A stretch of DNA of 26,481 nt, from positions 1-26,481 of the IMG/VR virus record IMGVR_UViG_3300010376_000117; one strand, given 5' to 3'. The translations under genes and the position numbers were made by a program. The notes under the pieces were generated by a model that was not told the origin of the DNA, did no database searches, and saw only the letters and a list, made by a program, of their open reading frames with translations. Below are positions 9,440 through 17,290 of the stretch, piece after piece. Source of the DNA: a virus. Taxonomy: Duplodnaviria; Caudoviricetes. Position 1 is the first letter of the stretch. Each line of letters begins with the position of its first letter.

Positions 9440-9811
9440 CTAGATGATCTCGTAGATGGTCAGCACGGCACCCTGGATTGCGCCGACGCCGTTCCAGGCG
9501 GTGGTGCAGGGCAGGTTGTCGATGATGAACTTGTCGTTCGGGTTGATCGTGATCGAGCCGGCGCCGCCGATGATAGCCACGCCGGTAATGAGCGCCGGCA
9601 GGACCGGAGAAGTGATCTGCCCAGCCTGCCAGGGAGCCTGCCCGACGGGAACGGTAGCCTGGGTGGCGGGGCAGATGGCGACCGCCGCACCGCCTGGGTT
9701 GACAAAGATGATGCCGGTTCGCGACGGATTGGGCGGAATGACCAGCTGGTTGCTGGTTCCGAGCGTGACGGCCCAGCCGATCTGCGAGGTGTTCGATGTC
9801 CCGACCGGCAT
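9440..9811 (-). CDS. Hypothetical beta-rich protein (123 aa), probably virion-associated
   Basis: Start reassigned to ATG 9811 (MPVGTSNTSQ), just after the upstream stop. Contains NPSRTGIIFVNPG. Confidence 0.7.
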   Translation of the reverse strand: MPVGTSNTSQIGWAVTLGTSNQLVIPPNPSRTGIIFVNPGGAAVAICPATQATVPVGQAPWQAGQITSPVLPALITGVAIIGGAGSITINPNDKFIIDNLPCTTAWNGVGAIQGAVLTIYEII

Positions 9812-9812
9812 G

Positions 9813-10478
9813 TCATATCGGCCATTCTGCCCAGGTGATCGAATGTGCCATCGCCTGCGACTGCGCAGCTTGCCCTGCAAGCGCCGCCAGCGTGCCGGGA
9901 CCGAGCAGCACCTCGCCGTTGAACTGATAACGGATCGGCTGCACGTTGTTGCTGGAGGTGGCTGCAAACGAAGTGATCACCGGCCCTCGCCACAGGTTTG
10001 ATCCGAGCGTGCCGGTGATGGTGGCGGCGCTGTAAACCGTGGCCTTGGACCCAGCTATCGGAGCAACCGACCCGCCTCCCCACAGAGTGGGCCGAGTTGC
10101 CAGAGCCGTCAGTGACGACGGCGCCGCGATGGAAGTTCCAACGCCCGATTGGAGGTAGAGCGAGACATCCGAGACCACCAGCGTGGTAGACAGGATGCCG
10201 AGCGACAGGCTCATCAACTCGACGTTGACCGACGACCCGGCCGGATTCCAGATCAGGAATGTCGCCGCAAAATTGTTGGCCGCCAGCGGGATGGTTACTC
10301 CCGAAGGGAGCGTGTTGGCCATGTAGGAGAGGCCGCGATAGGCCGACGTGTAGAAGGAGCCATGCAAGTCGCAGGTGACCAACTCCGCGGCCTTGCCGGC
10401 CAGGACCGGGTTCGAGGTCCCGTCTCCTAGCGAAACCGTAGAAGATGGTTGCACGGTCTGTCCGTAAATGACGGGCAT
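9813..10478 (-). CDS. Hypothetical beta-rich protein (221 aa), probably virion-associated
   Basis: Abuts the upstream stop. Ser/Thr/Ala/Gly-rich, contains IWNPAGSSVNVEL and ends in WAEWPI. Confidence 0.75.
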   Translation of the reverse strand: MPVIYGQTVQPSSTVSLGDGTSNPVLAGKAAELVTCDLHGSFYTSAYRGLSYMANTLPSGVTIPLAANNFAATFLIWNPAGSSVNVELMSLSLGILSTTLVVSDVSLYLQSGVGTSIAAPSSLTALATRPTLWGGGSVAPIAGSKATVYSAATITGTLGSNLWRGPVITSFAATSSNNVQPIRYQFNGEVLLGPGTLAALAGQAAQSQAMAHSITWAEWPI

Positions 10479-10676
10479 CTAGTTCCCCGGAACTATGGGC
10501 GGCACGATGCCGAACTCAAACGCTTGGTCGTTGCGCAGAACTGACAGCTCTTGCTGTTGCGCGTCCGCTGCCTGCGCCTGAAGCAGGTTGGAGATCACCC
10601 GCAGCTCTATCGCCGACAGCGTCTCGACCGGAAATCCGTTGGCTACAGCCGGACCACCGCTGACGAAGGTCGTCAT
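10479..10676 (-). CDS. Hypothetical protein, 65 aa
   Basis: ATGA overlap with the upstream gene; its stop abuts the downstream start. Confidence 0.7.
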   Translation of the reverse strand: MTTFVSGGPAVANGFPVETLSAIELRVISNLLQAQAADAQQQELSVLRNDQAFEFGIVPPIVPGN

Positions 10677-11092
10677 CCGCCGCCCCCCAGGTTCATCGGA
10701 GATGGACCACCAGGCGAGAGGCCCGGAGGCGGACCCATCTGGGCCATCGGACCCTTCGGCTGCGACGCCGCCATCATCGATTTCATGGCGCTGGGCACCA
10801 TGTTGTCGTTAGATTCCTTGCCGAACAGCGGCGCCAAGGCCCGGATCGCGTTGAGCACTGCCTGATACTGCTTGTCGCCCACCTGATAGACGTTGAGCGC
10901 GTCGTGCAGCGCCGGCAGAATGGCCTTGATCTTGGCGGCAGCGGCCGCCTGATTGCCCGATCCGTCCCCCGGAGCAAGCGCCGGGGACCCTCCAGGCCCC
11001 GCAGGGCCGCCCGCCGGGTTTCTCGGCAGCATCGGACGCGGCGGCATCTGGCCGCCGGAAGTCATTTGCGGGGGAACAAAAGGAGGTGCCAT
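10673..11092 (-). CDS. Hypothetical Pro/Gly/Met-rich protein with a central helical hairpin (139 aa)
   Basis: Start placed at ATG 11092. Core KIKAILPALHDAL...AVLNAIRALAPLFG is flanked by low-complexity arms. Confidence 0.75.
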   Translation of the reverse strand: MAPPFVPPQMTSGGQMPPRPMLPRNPAGGPAGPGGSPALAPGDGSGNQAAAAAKIKAILPALHDALNVYQVGDKQYQAVLNAIRALAPLFGKESNDNMVPSAMKSMMAASQPKGPMAQMGPPPGLSPGGPSPMNLGGGG

Positions 11093-11098
11093 CGCAGC

Positions 11099-11128
11099 GG
11101 GATAAGTCTCGCCAGCGGAAGGCGTCAA
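11099..11128 (-). promoter_or_regulatory. Candidate sigma70-type promoter for a possibly leaderless transcript
   Basis: TTGACG-N18-TATCCC lies just downstream of the terminator and ends 6 nt before ATG 11092, which has no SD. Confidence 0.4.
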
Positions 11129-11139
11129 ACCCAGGTCAG

Positions 11140-11160
11140 AAAAAGGCCCCCGAGGGGGCC
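11140..11160 (-). terminator. Intrinsic terminator
   Basis: GGCCCC-CTCG-GGGGCC-TTTTT on the minus strand. Confidence 0.85.
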
Positions 11161-11203
11161 AGTTTGGAACGACAGGAAGGAAATGCGTATGCAGTTCTTG
11201 GTA

Positions 11204-11245
11204 CTATCGCCGGCCGCGCCGGCCGCGACGATGACGCCGAGCCAT
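11204..11245 (-). CDS. 13-aa Arg-rich micropeptide MARRHRRGRRGRR
   Basis: Below the ORF-track cutoff. SD GGAGG (11251-11255) lies 5 nt before the ATG, 8 of 13 residues are Arg, and a TAG stop is followed by the terminator. Confidence 0.75.
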   Translation of the reverse strand: MARRHRRGRRGRR

Positions 11246-11483
11246 GATTGCCTCCAGGTTGCCCGTATTCTTTCGAATCGGGTGGGTTGAGCAATGATTC
11301 CTGCGTATCCGCGCGGCTCCCCTGGAGCAAATCCAGGTCAAAAGCTGATGTGAGGGACGACAGCCTTGGACGCTTGCAATGAAGCGGGCGGAGAAGCGAG
11401 AAGCCGCCCAGACGGCAAGTCAACGCAGGCTGTCTTTCTGACCGCCGATCCCCTCACTGACCGACGAAAGGCGACTTGCCGCC
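11246..11483 (-). ncRNA. Candidate structured RNA (unclassified) between the portal and micropeptide genes
   Basis: Several hand-found helices, including two crossing (pseudoknot-like) 7-bp pairings and a GAAA-capped hairpin. G-U pairs work only on the minus strand. See findings. Confidence 0.55.
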
Positions 11484-11506
11484 GTTCGAACTGCACATGA
11501 TTCGCA

Positions 11507-13225
11507 TCAGGCTGCCTTCCGCGCGTGGGCAGGCTTGGGTTGCTCTCCGCTCATCGCCTGCTGCTGCTTGAGAGCCGCTTCCGCCTTCACCCTCTCCCGC
11601 AGCGCGTGGATGATGGCGTCGGCATTGGGCGGATCGAGCATCCGCACCAGCATTTCGCGGTCGATGGCCTCGGCCTTGAACAATCCGGCCGCCTGCTCCT
11701 TGGCCTCATCCTGGAACAGCGGCGAGTGCGAGTGGCCAGCGACCGAAATCCGCAGGTTGGTTTCGGAAACGAGCGCCGGAACCAGCGTCTCGCCCGACTT
11801 GGTGGTGAACCGGTGATCCGAGTTCTTCTGCAGGAGCTTGATCGAGATGTCCGCCAGCTTGACCAGGGACGGCTCCAGCGCCACGGCGATCTTGCGGATA
11901 CGCCCGGAGCCGGTCAGCGCCAGCCGCTTGGCGTGCTTCTCTCCACGAACTCCCTGTTCCCCCTGTCCCATCACGGTCTCGGTAAGTCCGGACGCATCCA
12001 GGAAGATGTGACCGATCTCATTAAACTCGGTGAACAGGTTTTCCGGCATCTGCGGCGACAGCTGGTCGATCTTGGCGCCCGGAATCTGGTCGAGCACCCA
12101 GGCGCCGGGACCGCGCAGCGCGTTCATCTTCTCGTCCGCCAGCCCGGAGAAGCCGGAACCCACCAGCGGCGGGTCCACCTGCTTCTCCAGCATGTCGGAA
12201 ATCTGCTGCAGCCGCTCGTTGGTCCACACCTGCAGCTGAATCAGATTGTCGCAATGGGACTCGCCCCAGAAGAAATTATAGAGGCTGTATGGACGAACCT
12301 GGATGAACGGGTGTTCGCCGGGAAGGAAGATGTTCGACTTGCCCTCATAGCGGTGCCGGTTGGCCTCATCCGCCTCCGCCATGGCCGCGACCGTCTCCCG
12401 GCTGTCGGAGAGGCACCCGGTCACGCCGTCCATCATGGTAAAGAAGGCATAGTCCTCCGCGATGTCGTCCCACACCACGATCTCGTGGCAGCGCACCATC
12501 GGGTTGTCGGACTTGGACTCGTAGGTCGCGCGCGGCTCGTAATCGACCGAAGCCCGCCCGGTCATGGCGCCAGCGATGTTGGGGCCGCCGGTCGAGTTGA
12601 TCAGCAGGTTGGCCAGGATCGGCGGCATCTCGTCGGACTCGTTGCCCGGACGCGCCACCAGACTGTCAATCTGATCCTTCATTCCTGCTCGGAGCAGTCG
12701 AAGGACAGCATTATCCCAGTTGAGACTGTAAGAATGGACAAACGCTTCTTGCGAGTCGAGATCGGGTTCAGATTCGTCGTAGACAGAAAAATCCTGCGGA
12801 GCAAAGACGGTCCCAGTGAGGCAGTTGCGAGTGTCGTTCCACCCGATCTTGATGAACATTGAATCGAACACCAGAGACCAGAGGATGGCCTCGGAGAACT
12901 GATAAGCCAGTCCGGTGTCTTTGAAAAAGTCGTTCCATTCATCCTGCAGCCCCGTTGCCTGATCTACCGCGGAAGTATCGGCGTTGCGAGAAGCCGCCAC
13001 AGAAAATCGGCAATGATCCGGCGCATAGAGAAAGGACGATACCAGATCGAGATGTGATTTGAGCCTGTTATATTTGACCTCGACTCCGTAATCGGAAGTT
13101 CCAAATAGAAAGTACCGTTTCCGACGCAGATAGAGTGCGTCACGGTCTCCCCGTGACGCGAGACATGTGTCTTTGATCTGCTGAATCTTCTCATCCCGGT
13201 CAGCCGGGTCGCGCGGAATTATCAC
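11507..13225 (-). CDS. Portal protein
   Basis: About 572 aa from GTG 13225 (MIIPRDP). It lies between terminase and scaffold/capsid genes and shows portal-like segments YNRLKSHLD, HPFIQV..FFWGES, LEKQVDPP and ASGLTETVMGQGEQGVR. Confidence 0.85.
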   Translation of the reverse strand: MIIPRDPADRDEKIQQIKDTCLASRGDRDALYLRRKRYFLFGTSDYGVEVKYNRLKSHLDLVSSFLYAPDHCRFSVAASRNADTSAVDQATGLQDEWNDFFKDTGLAYQFSEAILWSLVFDSMFIKIGWNDTRNCLTGTVFAPQDFSVYDESEPDLDSQEAFVHSYSLNWDNAVLRLLRAGMKDQIDSLVARPGNESDEMPPILANLLINSTGGPNIAGAMTGRASVDYEPRATYESKSDNPMVRCHEIVVWDDIAEDYAFFTMMDGVTGCLSDSRETVAAMAEADEANRHRYEGKSNIFLPGEHPFIQVRPYSLYNFFWGESHCDNLIQLQVWTNERLQQISDMLEKQVDPPLVGSGFSGLADEKMNALRGPGAWVLDQIPGAKIDQLSPQMPENLFTEFNEIGHIFLDASGLTETVMGQGEQGVRGEKHAKRLALTGSGRIRKIAVALEPSLVKLADISIKLLQKNSDHRFTTKSGETLVPALVSETNLRISVAGHSHSPLFQDEAKEQAAGLFKAEAIDREMLVRMLDPPNADAIIHALRERVKAEAALKQQQAMSGEQPKPAHARKAA

Positions 13226-13526
13226 GTTGATACCCTGTTGCTGGCCGAACCGCACGTGGCTTGCGTACAATCTTGTAGCCGCTGTAATAGCCCCCGATGA
13301 TGCGGATGCCGGCGTCGGCGTCGGCAAACATATCGTTGATTTGATAGATATGGGCTCTGATGCACACCTGGGTGACGCCAAAGTGCTTTGCCAGCTTCGT
13401 GCTGGTCTGCATTGAGCCGTGCCTGATCTTGTCGTAGATTTCCGCCTTCTTCGGCGTCAGAAAGACGCCCTCACGCCGGAACTTCAAGGGTTGGTTGCAG
13501 TGCGGGCATCGCTCCTGATTCGACAT
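13200..13526 (-). CDS. Putative DNA-binding protein (CPHC knuckle + helix-turn-helix)
   Basis: From ATG 13526: CPHCNQP, then LTPKKAEIYDKI..STKLAKHFGVTQVCIRAHIYQIN (HTH-like) and a GYKIV wing. Confidence 0.65.
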   Translation of the reverse strand: MSNQERCPHCNQPLKFRREGVFLTPKKAEIYDKIRHGSMQTSTKLAKHFGVTQVCIRAHIYQINDMFADADAGIRIIGGYYSGYKIVRKPRAVRPATGYQRDNSARPG

Positions 13527-13531
13527 TTGGA

Positions 13532-13984
13532 TCAGCCTTTGTGTGTATGGACCACTCGCGGGGTGGGTCCGGGACCCGACGCACGAACTTTGCTCACTCG
13601 ATCTCCCACCTGTGTCGAAAGACGCGACGACACTCCTGTGGGTCCGCAGAAGGACACCGGGTAGCCGGCCCGGTCGGTGGGCACGTCGAGCGACCATCCC
13701 GGCTGCGGAGAAACCTTCATGGTGCCGCGGGGCGGCGCCGCTGCCACCTTCGGCGCCATCGACTCGCCGCGCACCGGGGACCGGTAGTTCTTCTCGCCCA
13801 GTGTTTTCGACACTTCCGCCACGGTGGCGTCAACCTTGCGGGTCGCCTCGCTCTTGATCGCAAACGGCTGCGGCAGCCACTTCACCCGGATGCCGCCGCA
13901 CTGCGGGCAGGGCGGGTAGTTGCCCTCCGTCGTGAACTCGTGGATGCAGTGCCGGTTGAGGCACGCCCAGGTCCGTCTAATCAC
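13532..13984 (-). CDS. Zinc-ribbon protein (FmdB-like N-terminus)
   Basis: CLNRHCIHEF...CPQCGG motif near the N-terminus. Confidence 0.7.
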   Translation of the reverse strand: MIRRTWACLNRHCIHEFTTEGNYPPCPQCGGIRVKWLPQPFAIKSEATRKVDATVAEVSKTLGEKNYRSPVRGESMAPKVAAAPPRGTMKVSPQPGWSLDVPTDRAGYPVSFCGPTGVSSRLSTQVGDRVSKVRASGPGPTPRVVHTHKG

Positions 13985-14342
13985 CGTAGACCATCCTCAC
14001 CGCCGGGTCCTCCGAATCATGCGGAGGGAATATCTTTACCGGCTTGTCGGCAAACGGTCCAATGACGACCCAGCGGCTGCTACCTCTTCCTTTGAAGTCC
14101 GCTGGCCTGATGCGCTTGAACCGCAGCCCTTTGCGCACGCATTCCACGGCATGGAGGATTTTCGCCACGGTCTTGGCGTTGGGCTCGAACTCGTCGTTCA
14201 GGAAGCGCTTCAGCGTGGTGTAGTCCAGGCCGACGTAACGGCACAGCGTCTTCATCGGAACCTGGCGCTGCAGCGCCAGATCGCGATATTCCGGGTCGTA
14301 CTTGAACCTCTGGAACCAGTGGCGGATTTCGTCGTGTGTCAT
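13977..14342 (-). CDS. Cro/XRE-like HTH protein (121 aa)
   Basis: ATG 14342 with ATGA overlap. PMKTLCRYVGLDYTTLKRFLNDEFEPNAKTVAKI is an HTH-like pattern. Confidence 0.7.
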   Translation of the reverse strand: MTHDEIRHWFQRFKYDPEYRDLALQRQVPMKTLCRYVGLDYTTLKRFLNDEFEPNAKTVAKILHAVECVRKGLRFKRIRPADFKGRGSSRWVVIGPFADKPVKIFPPHDSEDPAVRMVYGD

Positions 14343-14677
14343 CCCAGTGCCTTGCATGTGGGGCAATAGCTGCGCCACGGTTCGATGCGCCACCCGATCT
14401 TGGCAAACTCCTCGATCACGTCGTTGGTGACGTCCTTTTCCTTGCGCCGCTTGGCTACCGCAATGGCCGCCGGGTCGCCCATGCAGATGGCGCCGAACGG
14501 GACATGCACCACATCGCTGTCGCAGCGGCATCGAAAGCAGCGTGTCCGCATCGGGACGATCTGCTGAATCCACCGATTGTCCTTGTAGTCGTTGATGTCG
14601 GCCAGCTCATCCAGCCGACGTCTGGACATATCGTAGGCGTTGTACACTTCCTCTTGGCTGATCTTCTGTTCTTTCAT
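14339..14677 (-). CDS. Hypothetical zinc-binding protein (112 aa)
   Basis: ATG 14677 overlaps the terminase stop. Contains CFRC and CPTC pairs. Confidence 0.7.
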   Translation of the reverse strand: MKEQKISQEEVYNAYDMSRRRLDELADINDYKDNRWIQQIVPMRTRCFRCRCDSDVVHVPFGAICMGDPAAIAVAKRRKEKDVTNDVIEEFAKIGWRIEPWRSYCPTCKALG

Positions 14678-16482
14678 GGCTTCGCCTCCGTAATGATGCC
14701 CTGCTGATGCAGGTAGTTGAGCGCGATCGCCTGCACCTGGGACGGCTTGCCGTGCAATGCCTCCTCCGCCAGGGCGGCAAAAGAAATCCCCATGCCGCGC
14801 ATCTTCGGCTGCAGCCAGCGGCGCCACGCCTCATGCGCCAGCGCCGCCGCAATCACCCGGTCGTCCTTCTTCTTGCCCTCGCCCTCGATGATCCCGCCAT
14901 CGATGATGATGTGCTTCATCTCCTCCAGCAGCGGCATCGAATTGAGGATGAAGCGGCGCAACTCGAATGAATCCTTAAGTCCGGCCATCATCGGCGGTTT
15001 GTTGGAGGGCGAGGTGCGCCACTGATAGGCCAGACCGCCGCCGGCAACGGCGTCCTCGCGCCGGTACAAAAAATGCTGCATGTACATGAGCACGTTGCGC
15101 AGGTCGGCATTGCTGCCAGGCTGGATGATCGAATTGTCGGTCTTCAGCCGGTTCATCTCGTTGAAGACGGCGCCGCCAGGACCGTTGATTTCAAGATTGA
15201 CCTGAACTCGTTTGTAGTATCCAGCCAAGTGACAGAGTACCCAGGCGCATTGATAAGTCGAGAAAGAGGAAGATACAAATTCGGCCACCTGCACCAGCCG
15301 GTCGCTGAAACAGCGGGCGACGTGGATGACGGTGCGGTCGGCGTTCTCGGATGATCCGTAGGCCGGGTCGCAGCCGATGACGTAGTGTCCGGCGGGGTCG
15401 GCCTCTTCCCAGACTTTGAGTTCTCCACGTCGATCCCTCGTTTGCAGGCACTGCGTCTCGTGCCACTTGTCCGACATCAGATATTTGAACGGCATGTAAG
15501 CCTGCTGGCGCGCGCGCCGCATGGCATCGGTCAGCGTCTCATTGGTGAAGAAGTTGGCGCCGGTGGCGACGAAGGCATCCTCCTCAACCCATGGGAAATT
15601 CTCGTCCATCTTTGCCTGGTCGTCGCCCTGGTCGCCGGCCATCTTCCAGCGGTACCAGGCAATCTGATTGTGGGTTACCTCAATTCCGTATCGTTCGAGC
15701 ACGAGTTTCTTGCGCTTGCGTTCGAGTACATCGAGCCGCGTGTCATGGCCTTCAGGCATGAATTGAAGGAAGCGAGGGTCATCGTCGGCAAAAGTATAAT
15801 GGTCGTGCCGCCACCATCCGACGAAGATGCAATGTATGGACGCGTCATTCTTGGCGGCTTCCCACTTCTCGGACCAGAAGTTGAATCCATTGGCGGTAGT
15901 CTCCTCGACATAGAGACGGTGCGGGTGATGGGTGGACATGGTGGCACCGAGCTCCAGCAGATCGTCGGGCGATCCCCAGAACGACACCTCGGTGGCGTGC
16001 ACGAAGTTGTTGGCTCCGGATCGTCCGAGACCGCCCTTGGCCTTGTCCTTGATGCCGGCAACCAGATATTGAATGATCGATCCGTTCTTGAGGATCAGCA
16101 TGTCGCGGTTCTCGGCCCGCTGCGGTATCTTGAACCCCTTCGGCAGATTGGCGAACAGAACGCCGATCACGTTGCGAAACAGCTGCTTCGACATCTCGGT
16201 GTGAGTGGCGAACGAACCGGAGATGCCCTTGTACTCCATCGCCCAGAACAGATCGAGCACCACGAAGAAGGTGGTGGACCCGAGCTGGCGCGCTTTGAGG
16301 ATCATGATCTTGGCAATGCCGGCCGCGCGCGCCTTGCAAATCTCGTCCAGGATGTAGGTCTGGGTGCCGAGCAGCTCCATCGGGACCAGACCAAAGTCCT
16401 TGGTCTGAATCCGCACGCGCTTGCAGAACGCCTCAAAGCGCTCGCGCGGAAACGGGGTCAGCTGGCCGATGGGGGCGGACAT
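14674..16482 (-). CDS. terL: Terminase large subunit
   Basis: Walker A ILKARQLGSTT, Walker B variant FVHATEV, coupling motif ETTANG, nuclease motifs VIGCDPAYG, LEING and DDRVIA. Confidence 0.95.
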   Translation of the reverse strand: MSAPIGQLTPFPRERFEAFCKRVRIQTKDFGLVPMELLGTQTYILDEICKARAAGIAKIMILKARQLGSTTFFVVLDLFWAMEYKGISGSFATHTEMSKQLFRNVIGVLFANLPKGFKIPQRAENRDMLILKNGSIIQYLVAGIKDKAKGGLGRSGANNFVHATEVSFWGSPDDLLELGATMSTHHPHRLYVEETTANGFNFWSEKWEAAKNDASIHCIFVGWWRHDHYTFADDDPRFLQFMPEGHDTRLDVLERKRKKLVLERYGIEVTHNQIAWYRWKMAGDQGDDQAKMDENFPWVEEDAFVATGANFFTNETLTDAMRRARQQAYMPFKYLMSDKWHETQCLQTRDRRGELKVWEEADPAGHYVIGCDPAYGSSENADRTVIHVARCFSDRLVQVAEFVSSSFSTYQCAWVLCHLAGYYKRVQVNLEINGPGGAVFNEMNRLKTDNSIIQPGSNADLRNVLMYMQHFLYRREDAVAGGGLAYQWRTSPSNKPPMMAGLKDSFELRRFILNSMPLLEEMKHIIIDGGIIEGEGKKKDDRVIAAALAHEAWRRWLQPKMRGMGISFAALAEEALHGKPSQVQAIALNYLHQQGIITEAKP

Positions 16483-16634
16483 TTCCTGGTCTCATCGAAA
16501 ATTTCCTGGGATTTGATCACCCTGATGTCGAGGGTCCGCAGCGCGTACTTTATCAGACGTCGCAGCTGGTGGTAGGGATCGCGCCCCTCGCCGCGGACTC
16601 TGACCGTAAGACAAAAGACGTGATCAAGTCCCAT
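16458..16634 (-). CDS. Small hypothetical protein, 58 aa (not in ORF track)
   Basis: Read manually: MGLDHVFCLTVRVRGEGRDPYHQLRRLIKYALRTLDIRVIKSQEIFDETRKCPPPSAS. GGAGAAGGA lies upstream and the ORF fills the gap before terL. Confidence 0.65.
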   Translation of the reverse strand: MGLDHVFCLTVRVRGEGRDPYHQLRRLIKYALRTLDIRVIKSQEIFDETRKCPPPSAS

Positions 16635-16896
16635 GGTCCTTCTCCCGCATGGCCTGATAGACGAGTGCGAGAGTCGGCCCCAGGTGCCCTGGGTTTTTGA
16701 AGTCGAACGGCTGCAGCGCGAAGTCGTGGCGCTTGCCTACGCGCGTCGGCCATGTGCGGCCCGCCATGGTGAGGAAGGCCTTGATGCCGGCGTCGATCAC
16801 CTGCTGGGCAGGCAGCTGCATTTCTTCCGGCTGCAGCGCTTCGGGGGGAGGCGCCTCCGTGGTCTTGGAAATCCGAACCTTGACAGGTCCGCGCAT
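16624..16896 (-). CDS. Hypothetical protein, 90 aa
   Basis: Start abuts the upstream stop; tight operon packing. Confidence 0.65.
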   Translation of the reverse strand: MRGPVKVRISKTTEAPPPEALQPEEMQLPAQQVIDAGIKAFLTMAGRTWPTRVGKRHDFALQPFDFKNPGHLGPTLALVYQAMREKDHGT

Positions 16897-17265
16897 TCAA
16901 TTCGCCTTCTCGATCTTGTTTTCCAGCCGCCGGAACTGGGTATTGATCGACTCGGTCAGCTGCCGCTGGGTCTGGGTGATGTCGTTGACCACCATCTGGA
17001 AGCTGTCCCTGCGCATGTAATTGTCGCGCATGTAGAGTTCCACCTCACGTATCTTCTCGCGCACCGCCGAGTAGGTCTCCCCGACGTTGCGGATGGCAAG
17101 ATTGATCTTCTCCTCGTTCTCCAGCTTGTGGGTCGCGATTTCTTCGCGGATGGCAATCTCCATCCTGCCGAGTTGCCAGATGCCGGCGCCGATCAGGACG
17201 CCGGTCTGGAGTATCAAGGCCCCGAACTCGATCCAGGTCGAGAGCGGGAGCGTGGCATCAGACAC
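16897..17265 (-). CDS. Membrane-anchored coiled-coil protein (lysis-module associated)
   Basis: One N-terminal hydrophobic helix (FGALILQTGVLIGAGIW) followed by a coiled coil. Directly downstream of the endolysin. Confidence 0.7.
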   Translation of the reverse strand: MSDATLPLSTWIEFGALILQTGVLIGAGIWQLGRMEIAIREEIATHKLENEEKINLAIRNVGETYSAVREKIREVELYMRDNYMRRDSFQMVVNDITQTQRQLTESINTQFRRLENKIEKAN

Positions 17266-17290
17266 CCTTGGGCCCGCCGTGGTAGCGGAT

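Noticed and set aside
11345-11470. ctgatg...gaaa and ctgaccgacgaaa on the plus strand as a hammerhead
   Set aside because: The core is not CUGANGA with properly placed stems, and G-U pairing favours the opposite strand.
11454-11507. 17-aa ORF MRIMCSSNGGKSPFVGQ coupled to the portal stop (TGATG)
   Set aside because: No SD or distinctive composition, and it overlaps the candidate RNA helices. It cannot be excluded as a leader peptide but is unsupported.
11525-12862. Long plus-strand ORFs (also 15385-16575, 17087-17974, 20557-21462, 22457-23401) and minus-strand 25547-26242
   Set aside because: They are antisense shadows of well-supported genes in GC-rich DNA, with no recognisable motifs.
12660-13200. 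Visibly more AT-rich stretch in the 5' part of the portal gene as an intron, intein or insertion
   Set aside because: The frame is continuous, the protein length is normal and there are no intein or intron motifs. At most it reflects recombinational mosaicism.
13226-13381. Extended N-termini given by the ORF track (portal, GNAT, 9440, 13200, 13977, 14339, 18237, 19544, 24063)
   Set aside because: The extensions overlap upstream genes or lack support. Downstream starts give stop/start coupling or an SD.
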